DNA of 32,000 nt from Flavobacteriaceae bacterium (GTDB lineage Bacteria > Bacteroidota > Bacteroidia > Flavobacteriales > Flavobacteriaceae). Under the pieces are notes generated by a model that saw only the letters and a program-made list of their open reading frames with translations, was not told the origin of the DNA and did not search any database. Location: positions 1,740,001-1,772,000 of the forward strand of contig OZ245049.1 in the NCBI GenBank assembly GCA_965224465.1, read 5' to 3'. The position numbers and the translations under genes were made by a program. Of this stretch, positions 1 through 8,658 are shown in pieces. Positions within the stretch are counted from its first letter, which is position 1. The number at the start of each line of letters is the position of its first letter.

Positions 1-1144
1 ACTCACCAAAATAACTTAACAGTAAAATTCGACGACATGTGGTGGCTTCAGAAAACTGCTTCATTCTTTCAAGTTTCGCTACTTGCACATCCGCATTGCT
101 AGCCCCTTCCGTAAATTTTCTCAATTGAATCACATCTGCATAACTATGAAAAAGCAAGGCGTGAGATTTTAAGCCATCGCGCCCCGCTCTCCCAATTTCT
201 TGATAATACCCTTCGATATTTTTAGGCATATTATAATGAATCACCCAACGCACATTCGATTTATCTATTCCCATTCCAAAGGCAACTGTTGCACACACAA
301 TCTGAATTTCATCAAAAATAAAATCCTCCTGCACCTGCGTTCTATCATCAAAAGACATTCCTGCATGATACGCCGCTGCATTGATTCCGTTTTTATCTAA
401 TTTAGCTGCCAATTGCTCGGTAGACTTACGGCTCAAACAATAAATAATCCCAGAATCTCCAGGTCTTTTATTCACAAATCGAACTATTTGACCAATTCTA
501 TCATCAGCAGTTCTCACTTCGATTTCAATGTTTTTACGATCAAATGATGAAATAAAAATAGGCGCATTTGGAATACTTAATTGATCCAAAATATCTTTCC
601 GAGTCGCTTTATCGGCGGTAGCAGTCAGCGCTATGATAGGAATCTTAGGCATGCTGCGTTTAAAAAAACCCAACTGTTGATATGAAGGTCTAAAATCGTG
701 TCCCCAAGAAGAAATACAATGGGCTTCGTCGATAGCAATGCAGCTGATAAATTCTTCTTTTAAAATATTTTGCAAGAGCGATAAACTCTCAGGAGCTACA
801 TACAATAGTTTTAAATCGTGCTTTAAAATTCGTTCAAAAATATCGGATTGATCCTCGTGATCCTGACTACTGTTATAATACGCAGCAGGAATCCCATTGG
901 CATTTAGACCATCTACCTGATCCTTCATCAAGGCTATTAACGGAGAAATCACTAACGTAAGTCCTTTAAAAATCATGGCAGGCAACTGAAAACAAATAGA
1001 TTTTCCGCCCCCCGTAGGCATGATAACCAAAGCGTCTTCCCCTTTTAAAACAGATTCGATAATCACTTTTTGTTGGTCACGAAAAGTATCATACCCAAAA
1101 TATTTTTTTAATGTTTCTTCTAAAACTCCCTCGGTGTACTGCAT
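1..1144 (-). CDS. recQ: ATP-dependent DNA helicase RecQ (N-terminal ~381 aa; C-terminus lies beyond the window edge)
   Basis: Absent from the ORF track because it runs off position 1. Reverse translation from the ATG at 1144 gives MQYTEGVLEETLKKYFGYDTFRDQQ. It contains MPTGGGKS (Walker A), AIDEAHCISSWGHDFRP (DEAH box) and CRRILLLSYFGE at the edge. The listed 200..400 + ORF is an antisense shadow. Confidence 0.9.
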   Translation of the reverse strand, partial: MQYTEGVLEETLKKYFGYDTFRDQQKVIIESVLKGEDALVIMPTGGGKSICFQLPAMIFKGLTLVISPLIALMKDQVDGLNANGIPAAYYNSSQDHEDQSDIFERILKHDLKLLYVAPESLSLLQNILKEEFISCIAIDEAHCISSWGHDFRPSYQQLGFFKRSMPKIPIIALTATADKATRKDILDQLSIPNAPIFISSFDRKNIEIEVRTADDRIGQIVRFVNKRPGDSGIIYCLSRKSTEQLAAKLDKNGINAAAYHAGMSFDDRTQVQEDFIFDEIQIVCATVAFGMGIDKSNVRWVIHYNMPKNIEGYYQEIGRAGRDGLKSHALLFHSYADVIQLRKFTEGASNADVQVAKLERMKQFSEATTCRRILLLSYFGE

Positions 1145-1163
1145 GGGTCAAAAATAAACAAAT

Positions 1164-1194
1164 AAAAGCCGTTCTAAAGAATAGAACGGCTTTT
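1164..1194 (-). terminator. Rho-independent terminator downstream of asnB
   Basis: Perfect 12-bp stem aaaagccgttct / agaacggctttt with a 7-nt loop. A T-rich run follows on the minus strand. It lies 38 nt after the asnB stop. Confidence 0.7.
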
Positions 1195-1231
1195 ATTATA
1201 CAGTATTGAACATTAAAATACTATCTAGATT

Positions 1232-2896
1232 TTAGTAAGCATCATCATGCACAGAGGCGATGGCTCTTCCAGATGGATCATTCATGTTTTTAAAACTCTC
1301 ATCCCATTCCAATGCTATTTTTGTACTACAGGCAACAGAAGCTTCTTGCGGTACGCTTTTAGCCGCTGTATCTGAGGGGAAATGTCCTGCAAAAATGCTA
1401 CGGTAATAATATTCTTCTTTTGACGTAGGAGGTTGAATAGGGAATCTATAATGAGCATTTTCTAATTGTTCATCCGTCACTTCTTTCTCTACTACTACCT
1501 TTAAAGTATCAATCCAACTATAACCAACTCCATCAGAAAATTGTTCTTTCTGTCTCCAAGCGACACTTTTTGGCAAGTACTTTTCAAAAGCTTTACGAAT
1601 CACCCATTTCTCCATACGCTCTCCATTGATCATTTTATCTTGAGGATTCATACGCATTGCTACATCCATAAATTCTTTATCTAAGAACGGCACACGTCCT
1701 TCGATCCCCCATGAAGCCAATGATTTGTTTGCTCTTAAACAATCGTACATGTGTAATTTACTCAATTTACGAACGGTTTCTTCATGAAATTCCTTTGCAT
1801 TTGGGGCTTTATGGAAATATAAATAACCACCAAATAACTCATCTGCCCCTTCACCTGACAAGACCATTTTTACGCCCATTGATTTTATTACACGTGCCAA
1901 CAAATACATGGGAGTAGAAGCTCTAATTGTGGTAACATCATAGGTTTCTATATTATAAATCACATCCTTAATAGCATCTAAGCCTTCCTGAATTGTAAAT
2001 TTAATTTCGTGGTGTACTGTTCCAATATGATCCGCTACCAACTGGGCAGCAGCTAAGTCTGGAGAACCTTCCAGTCCAACAGAAAACGAATGCAATTGTG
2101 GCCACCATGCTTTATCTGTATCATCAGACTCGATACGTTTTTCTGCATATTTTTTTGCAATGGCTGAAATCACAGAAGAATCCAATCCTCCTGAAAGTAA
2201 AACACCATAAGGAACGTCCGACATTAATTGACGGTGCACAGCCGCTTCTAAAGCATCATGCAACTCATCTATACTTGTTTGGTTCTCTTTAACAGCTTCG
2301 AAATCCACCCAATCACGTTTATACCACTGAACCAATTCCCCGTCTTTACTTGACAAATAATGCCCTGGAGGGAACAATTCAATTTTCGCACAAACTCCTT
2401 CTAATGCTTTGAGTTCAGAAGCTACATAAAAAGTACCATTCTCATCCCATCCTATATATAAAGGAATAATCCCCATGTGATCCCTTGCAATAAAATAAAC
2501 ATCATTTTCCACATCGTACAATGCAAAACCAAAAATCCCATTCATATCATCTATAAAATCAACCCCTTTTTCTTTATACAAAGCTAAAATGATTTCACAA
2601 TCCGATTCTGTTTGAAAATTATAGCGACCCTCAAATTGTTTACGCAACGCTCTGTGGTTATATATTTCACCATTGGCAGCCAGTACCAAATTTTTATCTT
2701 CGCTAAATAACGGTTGTTTCCCTGAAGCTGGATCTACAATCGCCAAACGTTCGTGTGTCATAATTGCTTTATCATTACTAAAAACACCACTCCAATCCGG
2801 TCCGCGATGACGTACCTTTTTTGACATCTCCAATAACTGAGGCCTTAACACTTCCGCTTTTTCTTTTAAATCGAATGCACATACAATTCCACACAT
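1232..2896 (-). CDS. asnB: Asparagine synthase (glutamine-hydrolysing)
   Basis: Full-length AsnB-like translation. It has an MCGIV N-terminus (class-II amidotransferase nucleophile Cys2) and the SGGLDSS PP-loop. The start is moved from 2938 to the ATG at 2896 so that Cys is residue 2. Confidence 0.93.
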   Translation of the reverse strand: MCGIVCAFDLKEKAEVLRPQLLEMSKKVRHRGPDWSGVFSNDKAIMTHERLAIVDPASGKQPLFSEDKNLVLAANGEIYNHRALRKQFEGRYNFQTESDCEIILALYKEKGVDFIDDMNGIFGFALYDVENDVYFIARDHMGIIPLYIGWDENGTFYVASELKALEGVCAKIELFPPGHYLSSKDGELVQWYKRDWVDFEAVKENQTSIDELHDALEAAVHRQLMSDVPYGVLLSGGLDSSVISAIAKKYAEKRIESDDTDKAWWPQLHSFSVGLEGSPDLAAAQLVADHIGTVHHEIKFTIQEGLDAIKDVIYNIETYDVTTIRASTPMYLLARVIKSMGVKMVLSGEGADELFGGYLYFHKAPNAKEFHEETVRKLSKLHMYDCLRANKSLASWGIEGRVPFLDKEFMDVAMRMNPQDKMINGERMEKWVIRKAFEKYLPKSVAWRQKEQFSDGVGYSWIDTLKVVVEKEVTDEQLENAHYRFPIQPPTSKEEYYYRSIFAGHFPSDTAAKSVPQEASVACSTKIALEWDESFKNMNDPSGRAIASVHDDAY

Positions 2897-3215
2897 AATA
2901 CTGTTTTTAAAATTCTTTAGATGACAAATATGAAACATTAGAAATGAATATTAAATCAATATATTAATATTAGTTTCATATGACAACAAAAAATAACAAA
3001 TTAACATAAAAATGAAACTTATGGATATAATTCAAATAATATCCATTTAACACCCACATAAGGTAAAACATTGTATATATCGAGTATTTTACATTACCAT
3101 TCGTCGAAAATTGAACAAATTAACCTATATTAAACTCTAAGTATCGATAAAAACAAGTACTTTAGTCGTATCAAAGCTATGATATCCCCATTAAACTAAA
3201 AAATTTGCTATTATT

Positions 3216-3794
3216 ATGGAAAGAATGTATCACGTATTAAAGAAAATTAACCCTAACTTCAACGAAGAAGATTGGTTAAATTTCTCATCAATTATCAAAA
3301 AATACACGTTTAAAAAAGGCGCTTTAATTTCAACACCTAAAAAAATTGTAGATGAACTCTATTTTATAGATCAAGGCTTATTAAAATACTATCATGTAAA
3401 AGATGGTAAAGAATTGGTATTAGATTTTGGCATAGAAAATGAATTCTCAACAGACTTTAATTCGTTCTTCTTACAAGTACCTTCTAGAATGTACATTACA
3501 TCATTGACAAAAGTCACACTATTTGCAATCAAGTATGACGACCTCCAAAAACTATTTGACATTTCTACCAATACAAATACTATTGGAAGAAAAATGGCAG
3601 AAAACAGGCATATGAAAAAATCTCAAAGAGAATTTTCTTTACTTGCATATAGCGCTACAGAACGGTATGTGAATTTAAAAGAACAACATAAAACGGTACC
3701 TCACCGCATCCCATTAAAAGACATTGCATCCTACTTAGGTATTGAGCCTCAATCACTAAGTAGAATAAGAAGAAATATGGAAATGTCGGCCTAA
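3216..3794 (+). CDS. Crp/Fnr-family transcriptional regulator (cNMP-binding fold plus C-terminal HTH)
   Basis: 192 aa, the size and layout typical of Bacteroidota Crp/Fnr paralogues. The C-terminal stretch IPLKDIASYLGIEPQSLSRIRR is HTH-like. Confidence 0.75.
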   Translation: MERMYHVLKKINPNFNEEDWLNFSSIIKKYTFKKGALISTPKKIVDELYFIDQGLLKYYHVKDGKELVLDFGIENEFSTDFNSFFLQVPSRMYITSLTKVTLFAIKYDDLQKLFDISTNTNTIGRKMAENRHMKKSQREFSLLAYSATERYVNLKEQHKTVPHRIPLKDIASYLGIEPQSLSRIRRNMEMSA

Positions 3795-3844
3795 TTTACA
3801 TAATCTTAATCAAATTCACTAATAATTAAATAGTTATCTTATTT

Positions 3845-3884
3845 ATCCTGTTAAAATCACTATCTTTGCTGATTTTAACAGGAT
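3845..3884 (+). promoter_or_regulatory. Perfect 15-bp inverted repeat with 10-nt spacer (operator or terminator) ending 4 nt before the OmpA-family start codon
   Basis: atcctgttaaaatca (3845-3859) is the exact reverse complement of tgattttaacaggat (3870-3884). The spacer ctatctttgc contains TATCTTTG. TTTTG follows the right arm. Confidence 0.55.
3861..3868 (+). promoter_or_regulatory. Candidate Bacteroidota -7 promoter box (TAnnTTTG) for the OmpA-family gene
   Basis: TATCTTTG lies 21 nt upstream of the ATG at 3889. Confidence 0.4.
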
Positions 3885-3888
3885 TTTG

Positions 3889-5790
3889 ATGCGCATAATA
3901 ACACGTATAATATATTCAATACTACTACTAAGTACGATTTCTTCTTATTCCCAGTCGAACATATACACGGAAGGAAATAAAAAATTCGACAACTTGCAGT
4001 ATATGGATGCCGTTAAACTATATGAAAATGTTGTAAAAAACGGTTTTCATTCACTTAGTTTATTACAAAGAATAGGCAATGCTTATTATTTAAATGGAAA
4101 ATACAAAACAGCTCTTATCTGGTATCAAAAACTTTTTAATTACTACCCTCGCAACAAAATAGCTCCTATTTATTTTTTCAGATACTCCCATACGCTTAAA
4201 TCAATAAATAAAAAAGAAGAAGCATTTATATGGTTGAAAAGATTTTTTATAAAACAAGGAATCCCCACCGTACCAGACTATTTAAATATACATTTTCAAA
4301 AAGACAAACAACAGCTAAGAAAACTTCAACTAAACAGTAAATACTCGGATTTTTCTCCATTTATTTACAATAGCACCTTTTATTTCTCCTCCTCAAGAAA
4401 GAAAGGAAACAGTTCAAAAGACGTTGATTCTTGGACAAATTTACCATACTATGACATTTTCAAAGGAGATATTGTCGATAATAAAATTGAAAATATTCAT
4501 AAAATAAAAACTCATATTAACACAAAATATAACGAAACAAGTGCCGTCTTGACTAAAGATGGTAACGAGATTTATTTTACAAGAAACATAGCACACAAAA
4601 AAGAAATTCAAAAATTCAAACTCTTTAAATCCACAAAAGTAAACGGAACATGGTCTAAAGCAGTACAACTTCCCTTTACAAAAGACGAATACCTTTACGC
4701 CCACCCCGCCATTAACCATAACGAAACAAAGTTGTATTTCGCAGCCAATTTAGAAGACAGCTACGGTGAGTCGGACATCTATGTTGTAGACATCTTAGGA
4801 AACGGAACATACAGTAAGCCCAAAAACCTAGGAAAAAAAATCAATACATTCGCAAGAGACACCTATCCATCTTTAGACGAAAAAGACAACCTGTTTTTTG
4901 CATCAGACGGCATACCAGGCCTTGGTGGATTAGATATTTTTAAAGCTGTAATAACACGCAAAGACACCCTAGTTTACCACCTAGAAAGCCCTATAAACAG
5001 CAACTACGACGACTTTGGATATATTACAGACAAGAACACAAAAATAACCTATATCTCTTCCAACAGAGATAATGAATTTGATGTTGATAACATATTCTGT
5101 CTAGAAACTCCAGAAAAAAAGATCCCTAAAGTTTGTTCCTATAAAGTTCAAGGATACACAACAGAGGTTGACAGTAAAAAACAATTGGGAAACGCTACAG
5201 TACTTCTTCTTGATCTCAATAATAAAATTATTGACGAAACCAATTCTAACGAAAATGGCTTTTTTAAATTCAACGTCACTAAATGCGAGAAAAACTATCT
5301 CGTAAGAGCTCATAAAGAAGGTTATATAGCCAATGAAGGCTTGGTGCTTTTTAAGGACGAGGTAAACCTCCAAGAAATCACAATCTACATGGATCCCTAC
5401 TACCAAGAAGTTAATTCAGGGAATGATTTAGGAAAAACAATGAAACTAAACCCTATCTATTTTGAACTTGACAAATATGACATAAGAAAAGATGCAAAAA
5501 TAGAACTTGAAAAAATTGCCCAAGCTATGTTGAAGGCTTATCCAACTCTAAACATCCAAATTGGCGCCCATACAGACAGTAGAGCAACAGATCACTACAA
5601 CTTAGTACTTTCTGAAAAAAGAGCAGAGTCTACCATGCAATACTTGATTTCACGTGGTATTTCTCCCTCAAGAATCTCAGGAAAAGGCTATGGAGAAACA
5701 CAGTTATTAAACCGATGTTCCAATGGCGTTAGGTGTCCAGAAAAAGACCATCAAAAAAACAGGAGAACTGAATTTATAATTTCAAATTAA
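3889..5790 (+). CDS. OmpA-family outer-membrane/peptidoglycan-associated protein (signal peptide, TPR-like N-region, beta-propeller-like middle, C-terminal OmpA domain)
   Basis: N-terminal signal-like segment RIITRIIYSILLLSTISSYSQ. The C-terminus has OmpA-domain motifs (NPIYFELDKYDIR, GAHTDSRATDHYNLVLSEKRA, NRRTEF). The start is set to the ATG at 3889 rather than the TTG at 3886. Confidence 0.85.
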   Translation: MRIITRIIYSILLLSTISSYSQSNIYTEGNKKFDNLQYMDAVKLYENVVKNGFHSLSLLQRIGNAYYLNGKYKTALIWYQKLFNYYPRNKIAPIYFFRYSHTLKSINKKEEAFIWLKRFFIKQGIPTVPDYLNIHFQKDKQQLRKLQLNSKYSDFSPFIYNSTFYFSSSRKKGNSSKDVDSWTNLPYYDIFKGDIVDNKIENIHKIKTHINTKYNETSAVLTKDGNEIYFTRNIAHKKEIQKFKLFKSTKVNGTWSKAVQLPFTKDEYLYAHPAINHNETKLYFAANLEDSYGESDIYVVDILGNGTYSKPKNLGKKINTFARDTYPSLDEKDNLFFASDGIPGLGGLDIFKAVITRKDTLVYHLESPINSNYDDFGYITDKNTKITYISSNRDNEFDVDNIFCLETPEKKIPKVCSYKVQGYTTEVDSKKQLGNATVLLLDLNNKIIDETNSNENGFFKFNVTKCEKNYLVRAHKEGYIANEGLVLFKDEVNLQEITIYMDPYYQEVNSGNDLGKTMKLNPIYFELDKYDIRKDAKIELEKIAQAMLKAYPTLNIQIGAHTDSRATDHYNLVLSEKRAESTMQYLISRGISPSRISGKGYGETQLLNRCSNGVRCPEKDHQKNRRTEFIISN

Positions 5791-5796
5791 ACCCCT

Positions 5797-6030
5797 TTAC
5801 AAAATAAGTAAGACAATACTTGAAAATATGGTTAAAAATCCTAAAACCAGATATTTCCATAGTATGTGGGCTTTTTTCAGTTCCATAAATTCAAAAGTAA
5901 CCAGTATAAACTTAAGATCCGCAATTCCAATAATTAACAACAGCGCATCATTTATTGCACGCTTCGAAATAAATGCTGTTATAAAAGTAAGCAGCATTAA
6001 CACAGCCCATATTATAGTTTTATTTTTCAT
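5797..6030 (-). CDS. Small (77 aa) three-helix membrane protein, prokaryotic cytochrome oxidase subunit IV-like (possible NorF-type accessory subunit)
   Basis: Three hydrophobic segments. The central motif ADLKFILVTFEFMELKKA resembles the conserved K..LV...FMHL motif of bacterial CoxIV/CyoD-type proteins. It lies downstream of the CoxIII-like gene on the same strand. Confidence 0.55.
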   Translation of the reverse strand: MKNKTIIWAVLMLLTFITAFISKRAINDALLLIIGIADLKFILVTFEFMELKKAHILWKYLVLGFLTIFSSIVLLIL

Positions 6031-6219
6031 ATTTCTAGTTTAAAAACTCCACTATTCCCCTCAGTCTCATACCAAAAAAAACATAGTATCTCTAAGCAGC
6101 TCCTTTCGGATATACATACAATTATCTAACTACCTCTCCTCAAACGAACAGGGGATACTTCCAACAGTCTATTCTCTATTTTGATACTAAACCTTGGTAA
6201 ATTAACTCCTAATAAGGGA

Positions 6220-6801
6220 TTAAAACAACAGGTAAATTACAGGAAATAACAACAACCAAATCAGATCGCACATGTGCCAAAAAGCAGCACCTGCTTCTAC
6301 ATCTAACAGGGCTACTTTGCTTGGATTATATTTTAAATTAAATGTAGAAACACCTAAAATAAATATACCTACAATTACATGTATCACATGAAAAGAAGTC
6401 AAAGCCCAATAAAAAGTAAAAAATAAATTGTAGTTCATATCTAATCCTGCCTCCAGTTTAGAGCCATATTCTAGGCTTTTTAAAACTAAAAAACACCCTC
6501 CTAAAAACATAGTAATATATAGATAGCGAATGCCTCTATCTCGATTATTTATCTTTAATTCTGACAATGATTTAGTCATAAAAAAACCACTAGACAATAA
6601 GAAAACTGTATTGATAGCACCATACGAAGCATTTAACAACAAACGGGATTCATGAAACAGATCACGCTCCAAACTCCCATAATACACCATAGCAACAAGT
6701 GCCATTCCAAACGTAAAAAGCTCTAAAAAAATAATAATCCACATTAAAATTCCTCCCGGAGGATAATACACATTTTTCGAATCGACTGGCACTGGCTCCA
6801 T
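6220..6801 (-). CDS. Heme-copper oxidase subunit III family protein (NorE-like accessory membrane protein)
   Basis: 193 aa with five hydrophobic helices. It ends with the CoxIII-like motif AAFWHMCDLIWLLLFP. Its position in a nor cluster matches the NorE role. Confidence 0.8.
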   Translation of the reverse strand: MEPVPVDSKNVYYPPGGILMWIIIFLELFTFGMALVAMVYYGSLERDLFHESRLLLNASYGAINTVFLLSSGFFMTKSLSELKINNRDRGIRYLYITMFLGGCFLVLKSLEYGSKLEAGLDMNYNLFFTFYWALTSFHVIHVIVGIFILGVSTFNLKYNPSKVALLDVEAGAAFWHMCDLIWLLLFPVIYLLF

Positions 6802-6813
6802 AAATAAACTACT

Positions 6814-7806
6814 TTAATCCCAGTCTAACAACCGTTGTTGACCTTCTAATTTTTGTATATCTGTAATGTCCTGAGACATTTCTATCACACCTCTATAAAC
6901 ATTGTCCTTATCACGAATAGCGAAATAACGAATGTGAATCATCTGTCCTTTAAAATTAATCCAAAACTCAGCCGTATCCTTTGTCCCTGCTTTAAATTCA
7001 TCTACAATTCTAAGCACCATATCTACACTTTTTGGAGGATGACAAAAACGAATTTCTCTCCCTATAATTCCTTTTGACCTAGGAAACACACGGTCTTTAC
7101 CTCTATTGTAAAAAATCACTTTATCGTTTTCATCAACATAGGTAATATCAACAGGTAAGAATCGTAACAACAAATTTACTTGCTCTGGAGTCATATAGCC
7201 TTCATCGTAATGAAAAGTATTTTCTAAAGAAAAACTCAATTCACGTTTTTTAAAATCTTTGCTTGGATGCACATAAGCCTCTTCTTCTTCTGTTTCTTCT
7301 TTAATAGCAGGATAAGGATCAGGAGTTTCTTTTAACATCCATCCAATTTCTTCATCTCCGATATAAAATTCTTTCCAGTCATCTTCACTCAATAAATCCA
7401 TTGCATTCGGAAATAATTTTGAATCCTCTATTTGCATCAATCGCTTGATTCCATCTATCAAATAAGGCAGGTTTTCAATAATTTTTTCTGTGTTTTTATC
7501 CGTATTATGAGTCTTTAACAATCTTATTTGATCACGCAAGGTATCGTGAAAAGACCACATCCCTTGACTAGGTCCATTCCAACCATGCTTTTCTAAATAG
7601 GGAAATAATTGATTTTCTTTTCTCGCAAACCGTTTTTCAATGGTTGTTAAATGATTAAATTGATTAAAATATTTCTGAAAATCCTTCACGGGATCCACTT
7701 CTGATAATTCTAACAATAAATCTTGAATTAATGCCCCTTCTTGGTAATACACTTTTAAGGGATGTCCTTTTGGTAATTTAGCTACCGTTGGTAAAAATGA
7801 GTTCAT
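6814..7806 (-). CDS. DUF438 protein: hemerythrin-like N-terminal domain plus C-terminal PAS domain
   Basis: The N-terminal half carries spaced His/Glu/Asp (GHPLKVYYQE, HLTTIEKRFARKENQLFPYLEKHG, MWSFHDTLRD). The C-terminal half has LPVDITYVDENDKVIFYN, CHPPKSV and IRYFAIRD, as in DUF438-associated PAS domains. It starts 12 nt before the next gene. Confidence 0.8.
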   Translation of the reverse strand: MNSFLPTVAKLPKGHPLKVYYQEGALIQDLLLELSEVDPVKDFQKYFNQFNHLTTIEKRFARKENQLFPYLEKHGWNGPSQGMWSFHDTLRDQIRLLKTHNTDKNTEKIIENLPYLIDGIKRLMQIEDSKLFPNAMDLLSEDDWKEFYIGDEEIGWMLKETPDPYPAIKEETEEEEAYVHPSKDFKKRELSFSLENTFHYDEGYMTPEQVNLLLRFLPVDITYVDENDKVIFYNRGKDRVFPRSKGIIGREIRFCHPPKSVDMVLRIVDEFKAGTKDTAEFWINFKGQMIHIRYFAIRDKDNVYRGVIEMSQDITDIQKLEGQQRLLDWD

Positions 7807-7875
7807 ATGATTGTTTTTTTTATTAGCATACCAAAGCGACTGTGATAAACAATCCTTTTTGATAATTTGGTAGCC

Positions 7876-8556
7876 TTATATTTTTGAAAACAGTACATTC
7901 ATTTCAAAATGCATATACTGATGTAATTGTTGTTCTAATTGCTTCAACATTGAATAAAGTGTTTGATAGGTCATACAAGCACCTTCTGGAGCTTTATATT
8001 TATCTGTAAGACTTGACAATTCCTTAGACAATACCCCTGCTTTTTTAAAGGTAGACGCCAAATTAACTTTAAGAATCGATACTTCTTCTCTGGCAGTACG
8101 CAGGTCCAAATGCGCTGATAGAGCCTTCAGTTTAGGATACAATACGTTTAAATCAAATTGTATACACGCTTTTAACATGGTAGATAATTGCATAAAAACA
8201 GCATTAACTTCAACTACCTCAGCATGACTTTCTCCATGTACTTGAGCAACTTTAATAGCATATTGAGAGAGTACTGGCAACTGTTCTAAAAAGAATTGAT
8301 GGTGCTTATTTTCTACAAAACCAATCGCATCTTCCATGCTGTAATCATCAAACCTAACATCGCTTGAAATTGTATTCTTTACCGCTTCTATCTCTTTTTT
8401 TAGAACTTCAAAATCTACTCCGTTTTCCTTACATGCTTGAGCTAGGCTAAGCCCACCTCCACAACAAAAATCAATATTATATTTTCCGAAAATAGCATCC
8501 GCACCAATATTTTGGGTCAATGTATCTGCAACCGTATCCTGTATTTGTATCTCCAT
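7876..8556 (-). CDS. ric: Iron-sulfur cluster repair di-iron protein (RIC; YtfE/ScdA/DnrN family)
   Basis: The N-terminal ScdA_N motif FGKYNIDFCCGGGLSLAQAC is followed by a hemerythrin-like domain. The C-terminus HFEMNVLF parallels E. coli YtfE (ISLENNVLFP). Confidence 0.88.
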   Translation of the reverse strand: MEIQIQDTVADTLTQNIGADAIFGKYNIDFCCGGGLSLAQACKENGVDFEVLKKEIEAVKNTISSDVRFDDYSMEDAIGFVENKHHQFFLEQLPVLSQYAIKVAQVHGESHAEVVEVNAVFMQLSTMLKACIQFDLNVLYPKLKALSAHLDLRTAREEVSILKVNLASTFKKAGVLSKELSSLTDKYKAPEGACMTYQTLYSMLKQLEQQLHQYMHFEMNVLFSKI

Positions 8557-8583
8557 ACCTTCCTATTATGATTAATGAAAGTA

Positions 8584-8591
8584 CAAAGATA
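8584..8591 (-). promoter_or_regulatory. Candidate -7 promoter box (TATCTTTG on minus strand) for ric
   Basis: The plus strand reads caaagata. It lies 28 nt upstream of the ric ATG (8556). Confidence 0.4.
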
Positions 8592-8622
8592 TGAATAAAA
8601 GATAAAATTATCTTTTATTCAT
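8591..8622. promoter_or_regulatory. Perfect 14-4-14 AT-rich palindrome (candidate Rrf2/NsrR-type operator; alternatively a weak nor operon terminator)
   Basis: atgaataaaagata (8591-8604) + aaat + tatcttttattcat (8609-8622). It abuts the ric -7 box and covers the expected -33 region. Only 2 G:C pairs per arm. Confidence 0.5.
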
Positions 8623-8658
8623 GAGCTTATTTTTATACAATCAACACGTAAATTAGTA

